Positions 60,697 through 64,000 of a stretch of DNA of 64,000 bases are shown here, piece by piece. Numbering within the stretch: the stretch's first letter is position 1; each line of letters starts with the position of its first letter. The stretch is from Myxococcota bacterium (lineage in GTDB: Bacteria; Myxococcota_A; UBA796; UBA2385): assembly GCA_044344255.1 (NCBI GenBank), contig JBIJDH010000006.1:160001-224000 (forward strand). Reading direction: 5' to 3'. A program made the position numbers and the translations under genes. The notes under the pieces are model-generated. The model did not search any database, was not told where the DNA came from, and saw only the letters and a list, made by a program, of their open reading frames with translations.

Positions 60697-60732
60697 GGAG
60701 GTCCTCGGCGGGTGGGTCGGCGGGCCGGACGT

Positions 60733-60748
60733 TGCACAGGTCATGCCG
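60733..60748 (-). promoter_or_regulatory. Sigma-54-like promoter candidate for the porin
   Basis: Minus strand CGGCAT-GACCT-GTGCA with correct GG/GC spacing, about 37 nt upstream of the ATG. Confidence 0.5.
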
Positions 60749-61029
60749 AATCCGTGAGTCGGTGAAGAACGGCCGATCTCGCTCCGGGTTGGACCGGCTT
60801 CCTGGCACGGCCGTCCTGGGTTCACGGTGCTTCCGCGTGGCGCTTGGGGATCACGGGGGGTGAGGATCCCCGATCGGTGACGGTGTGCGGGTTCGCCCAT
60901 CGGTGAGCGCCTCACTGCCCAGCCCCCGAGCGGCTGATCTTCGACAGGATCCCCCCGGCCGCTCCCGGGATAGCCGTGGCCTGAGGGCGACCACCACCCT
61001 CGCCACTCGTCCTTCGCCCCGGAGCGCCT

Positions 61030-62106
61030 ATGTCTCTTCGTTTGTTTGTCCCCGGATCTCTCCTCCTGTTGAGCGTGCTCGCCTGTGCGGGGGGCGGCGA
61101 AGGGGATGACGACGCCGATGATGACAAGGCCGTTGAGGGCAAGGAGGAGTCAAAGAAGGAAGAGGCGAAGACCGAAGAGGCGAAGCCCGTGATCGCCCCC
61201 GCCGAGCCCGGCAAGCTCCCGGTCGACTTCCCGAAGGTGGGCACCTCGCTGGTGGCTGGCGCCAAGGTCTGGGCCCCCAAGCGGGCCGAGGTCGACGAGT
61301 CCTTCACCAAGACCAACCCCTCGATCTCCTACTACGAGGGTGAGCTCGTCGCCCCGGGCGACGTCGAGTCCACCGTCAAGATCGGCGACGTGACACAGTC
61401 CGTCCCCAACTCGGCCATCATCGGCATCCCCGGGGACCCCATCGCCAAGCCGGGCGACCTCGTGGTGGCGATGGACGGCTGGAGCCCCGGCCGCATGCTC
61501 GTGACCGGCGGCACCCCCGCCGAGCCCAAGGTCACCTGCCTCGACACCAAGCCCGAGTACGCCTGCAAGGACCGCTCGCTCAAGGCCGGCTACTTCATGG
61601 TGCTCTCCGAGCCTGGCCAGGTCGGCAGCACGATCATCTGCAAGGACGGCGGCGACTACATCCACGGCACCCTGCTCGCCCACGACGGCGATCGCGTGCT
61701 CATCAGCTCCTTCGCCCGCGAGGCGCGCGCCTTTGACGGCAAGACCTGCAAGGCGCTGCCGCTCGACCCCAAGGTCAAGAAGGACGACAAGATCTTCGTC
61801 CCCGTCAACGCCAAGTACCTCGACGGCACCGTGCTCTCCGTCGAGCCCGACGCCCGCCGGGCGACCATCCGCTACAAGTGGGTGAGCGACGTCGACGAGT
61901 CCTTCTCGCTGCTCGACGTGGCCGCCACCCTCGAGCCGATGGGCCTCGCCGCCGCGCCCAGCCACCCCCCGGGCGCCGCGCCCGCCGCCGTCGAAGCCAA
62001 GAAGGACGACGGCGACAAGGGCGGCAAGAAGGGCGGCGGCAAGCTCAAGGGCCTCGATACCCAGGCCACCAAGCAGGCCGGCAAGCTCCGCAAGAAGGAA
62101 AAGTGA
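61030..62106 (+). CDS. Hypothetical lipoprotein with repeated SH3/Tudor-like beta modules
   Basis: Lipobox VLAC, charged linker, repeated G..V.....Y..G.(L/V) units, Lys-rich tail. Confidence 0.65.
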   Translation: MSLRLFVPGSLLLLSVLACAGGGEGDDDADDDKAVEGKEESKKEEAKTEEAKPVIAPAEPGKLPVDFPKVGTSLVAGAKVWAPKRAEVDESFTKTNPSISYYEGELVAPGDVESTVKIGDVTQSVPNSAIIGIPGDPIAKPGDLVVAMDGWSPGRMLVTGGTPAEPKVTCLDTKPEYACKDRSLKAGYFMVLSEPGQVGSTIICKDGGDYIHGTLLAHDGDRVLISSFAREARAFDGKTCKALPLDPKVKKDDKIFVPVNAKYLDGTVLSVEPDARRATIRYKWVSDVDESFSLLDVAATLEPMGLAAAPSHPPGAAPAAVEAKKDDGDKGGKKGGGKLKGLDTQATKQAGKLRKKEK

Positions 62107-62121
62107 GCGTCGGGCGCGCCC

Positions 62122-63984
62122 TCACATGATGTCGTAGCCGGTGAAGGCGCGCCGGTCGGCCCGGGTCTCGAAGGGGTGCACGTTCCCCTTCGGGTCGTGG
62201 ACCGCGGCCTCGGTGTAGTGGCGGTTCGCCGCCGCGACCTCCCGCCACACGGCCCAGTCCCCGTCGATGTCTCCGCTGAGCCGCGGATCATCGGCGAGGT
62301 GCTCCCGCCAGAGGTCGAGCCGGGCGGCCGCCACCAGCGGGGCGTCGACCACGGCGAGGTTGATCTCGCCCTCGTACTCGAAGCCGCGGTCGTTGACGTT
62401 GCACGAGCCCACCGTCATGAACCAGTCATCGACGATCATCAGCTTGGCGTGGACGTCGACCTCGACCAGCGAGCGGCGGCCCTCGCGGTCGACGCCGCTC
62501 ACCTTGAGGGCGAAGAGCTGGAAGCCCGGCTGCCGCTCGCGGATGCGCTCCACACACTCGTGGGTCCAGCCGCCGGAGCCGACGCCGCGGGCCTCCGACT
62601 CCTTGGTGACCACCACCACCCGGAGGTCGGGGAACTTGCGCACCTGGCTGGCGATGGCGTCGGAGAGCTGCACGGAGCGGAAGTACTGGTCTTCGATGTA
62701 GATGAGGCGCCGCGCCGCGCCCACCGCCCGGAGGTACACGTCCTGGATGCCCCGCTCGTCCCAGGGCTCGGGCATCGTGCGCACCACCTGCACCTGGGTG
62801 GGCCCGCAGGCGGGGGCGGCGGCCGGCAGCTTGAAGCGGCTCGCGTTGTCGGACCAGTCCTCCGCCTTGTCGATCAGGTAATGCCAGCGCTCCTGGAAGT
62901 TGCGCTCGAGGTCGACCACCGCCGGGCCCCGCAGCTCGGCGATGAAGTCGTGGCGCGGCGCGTGATCGGTGGGGTGGAGGAACTCAGCCACCTGCTCGCG
63001 GAAGCTGCGGGGGCGGGAGAAGCGGCAGCGCCGCGGGTCAAACACCTGGTGCAACCGGCTGTCCCAGTCGTTCTCCTTCAGGTTCATCCCGCCGCAATAT
63101 CCGAGCACCCCGTCGATGATCGCCGTCTTCTGGTGGTAGGAGCCCACCTTGAAGCCGCCGAGGAGGCTGTTGAGTAGCGGGTGCTCGTCGTCGTTGAGCA
63201 GCCGCCGGTCGGTGGGGTTCTCCTGCTGGAGCACCTCGAAGTGGTCGCCGCCGTCGCGGCCGGCCTTGCGGGTGTCGGCGGGGGGCTCGAGGAAGGGGGC
63301 GTCCCAGAGCAGCAGGCGGACGGTGACGCCCCGCTCCGCCAGCTCCCGCAGGTTCTCCTGGATGGTGAAGGGCTCGCGGGCCTCGGGCTCGGCCAGGGGA
63401 TCGGGGCGGCGGAGCTCGGTGGTCTCCTGGTAGATCCAGGTGGTGACGTGAACCCGCTTACGGGCCCCCGCGAGGGCGTCGGCCACGGCCCCCCAGCCGA
63501 GCTCGCCGTCGGGCAGCAAGCGCACGGCGTTGCCCTCGCGGGGCGGCGTGCCGATGGGGGTGAACCAGAGGTAGTCGAGCACGACGTCGAGGCGGAAGTG
63601 CCGCTCGCCGATGAGCGTGACGCCCGCGATCTCCGAGGCCCGCGTGTCGCCGCGGTTCAGCGTGCGCAGCGAGGGCACCTCGCCCTGGCCCGCGTAGAAG
63701 AGGGTGGTGCGCAGCGTGCGGTGGTCAAAGCCCCCCGCCTTGCCCACCCGCTCGACGAAGAGGATGTAATCCCCCGAGATCGGCAGCGCGGCGCGATAGT
63801 CGCCGGGAGCAGCCTCGACCTCGGCCCCCGTGCAGACCACACCCTGGCCGGTGATGCGGACGTCGGCGCCGGACACCGGCGCGCCGTGGGGGGTCTGGAT
63901 GCGGAGGTCGAGCCGGATGGGGCCGTCGAGCATCTGGGGTCCTCTCATGCGGGGGAGGCTGGCTTTTAGCACGACCTGGCGCAC
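62122..63984 (-). CDS. Phospholipase D (two HKD motifs)
   Basis: YHQKTAIIDG and VHAKLMIVDD...GSCNVN, plus PRHD, QVVRT, IYIEDQYF. The true start may lie beyond the window edge. Confidence 0.9.
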   Translation of the reverse strand: MRQVVLKASLPRMRGPQMLDGPIRLDLRIQTPHGAPVSGADVRITGQGVVCTGAEVEAAPGDYRAALPISGDYILFVERVGKAGGFDHRTLRTTLFYAGQGEVPSLRTLNRGDTRASEIAGVTLIGERHFRLDVVLDYLWFTPIGTPPREGNAVRLLPDGELGWGAVADALAGARKRVHVTTWIYQETTELRRPDPLAEPEAREPFTIQENLRELAERGVTVRLLLWDAPFLEPPADTRKAGRDGGDHFEVLQQENPTDRRLLNDDEHPLLNSLLGGFKVGSYHQKTAIIDGVLGYCGGMNLKENDWDSRLHQVFDPRRCRFSRPRSFREQVAEFLHPTDHAPRHDFIAELRGPAVVDLERNFQERWHYLIDKAEDWSDNASRFKLPAAAPACGPTQVQVVRTMPEPWDERGIQDVYLRAVGAARRLIYIEDQYFRSVQLSDAIASQVRKFPDLRVVVVTKESEARGVGSGGWTHECVERIRERQPGFQLFALKVSGVDREGRRSLVEVDVHAKLMIVDDWFMTVGSCNVNDRGFEYEGEINLAVVDAPLVAAARLDLWREHLADDPRLSGDIDGDWAVWREVAAANRHYTEAAVHDPKGNVHPFETRADRRAFTGYDIM

Positions 63985-64000
63985 GACGGGCTGGGTGGGG

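Overview
Very GC-rich, gene-dense chromosomal window, most likely from a Myxococcota bacterium. This rests on an aglRQS-like gliding-motor operon, a MYXO-CTERM-type C-terminus and many acidic-linker lipoproteins. About 50 CDSs are supportable. Housekeeping genes include gcvP/gcvT/gcvH, rnhA, a plsX-like gene, modBC, an RluA-type synthase, a short archaeal-type AspRS, an HDAC-family deacetylase, a persulfide dioxygenase, an OprO/P porin, a PLD and a GGDEF protein. There are also several unusual envelope and lipid loci. I found no rRNA, tRNA, CRISPR array, integrase or transposase. Most notable observations: (1) a GT4 glycosyltransferase fused to an intact radical SAM/SPASM-twitch domain, probably CUG-initiated and coupled to rnhA; (2) a five-gene minus-strand run of two GT-C-like membrane paralogues, a small surface-anchored protein, a tandem radical-SAM-fold protein that has lost its CxxxCxxC motifs, and a MYXO-CTERM GH15; (3) a divergent MqnC/CofH-like radical SAM enzyme coupled to a divergent PlsX; (4) an SDR-SCP2-hydratase 2 fusion with the domains of peroxisomal MFE-2 in a different order; (5) a 20-codon ORF where modA should be. 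All calls come from reading motifs by eye; no database searches were run, and starts adjusted from the ORF track are estimates.
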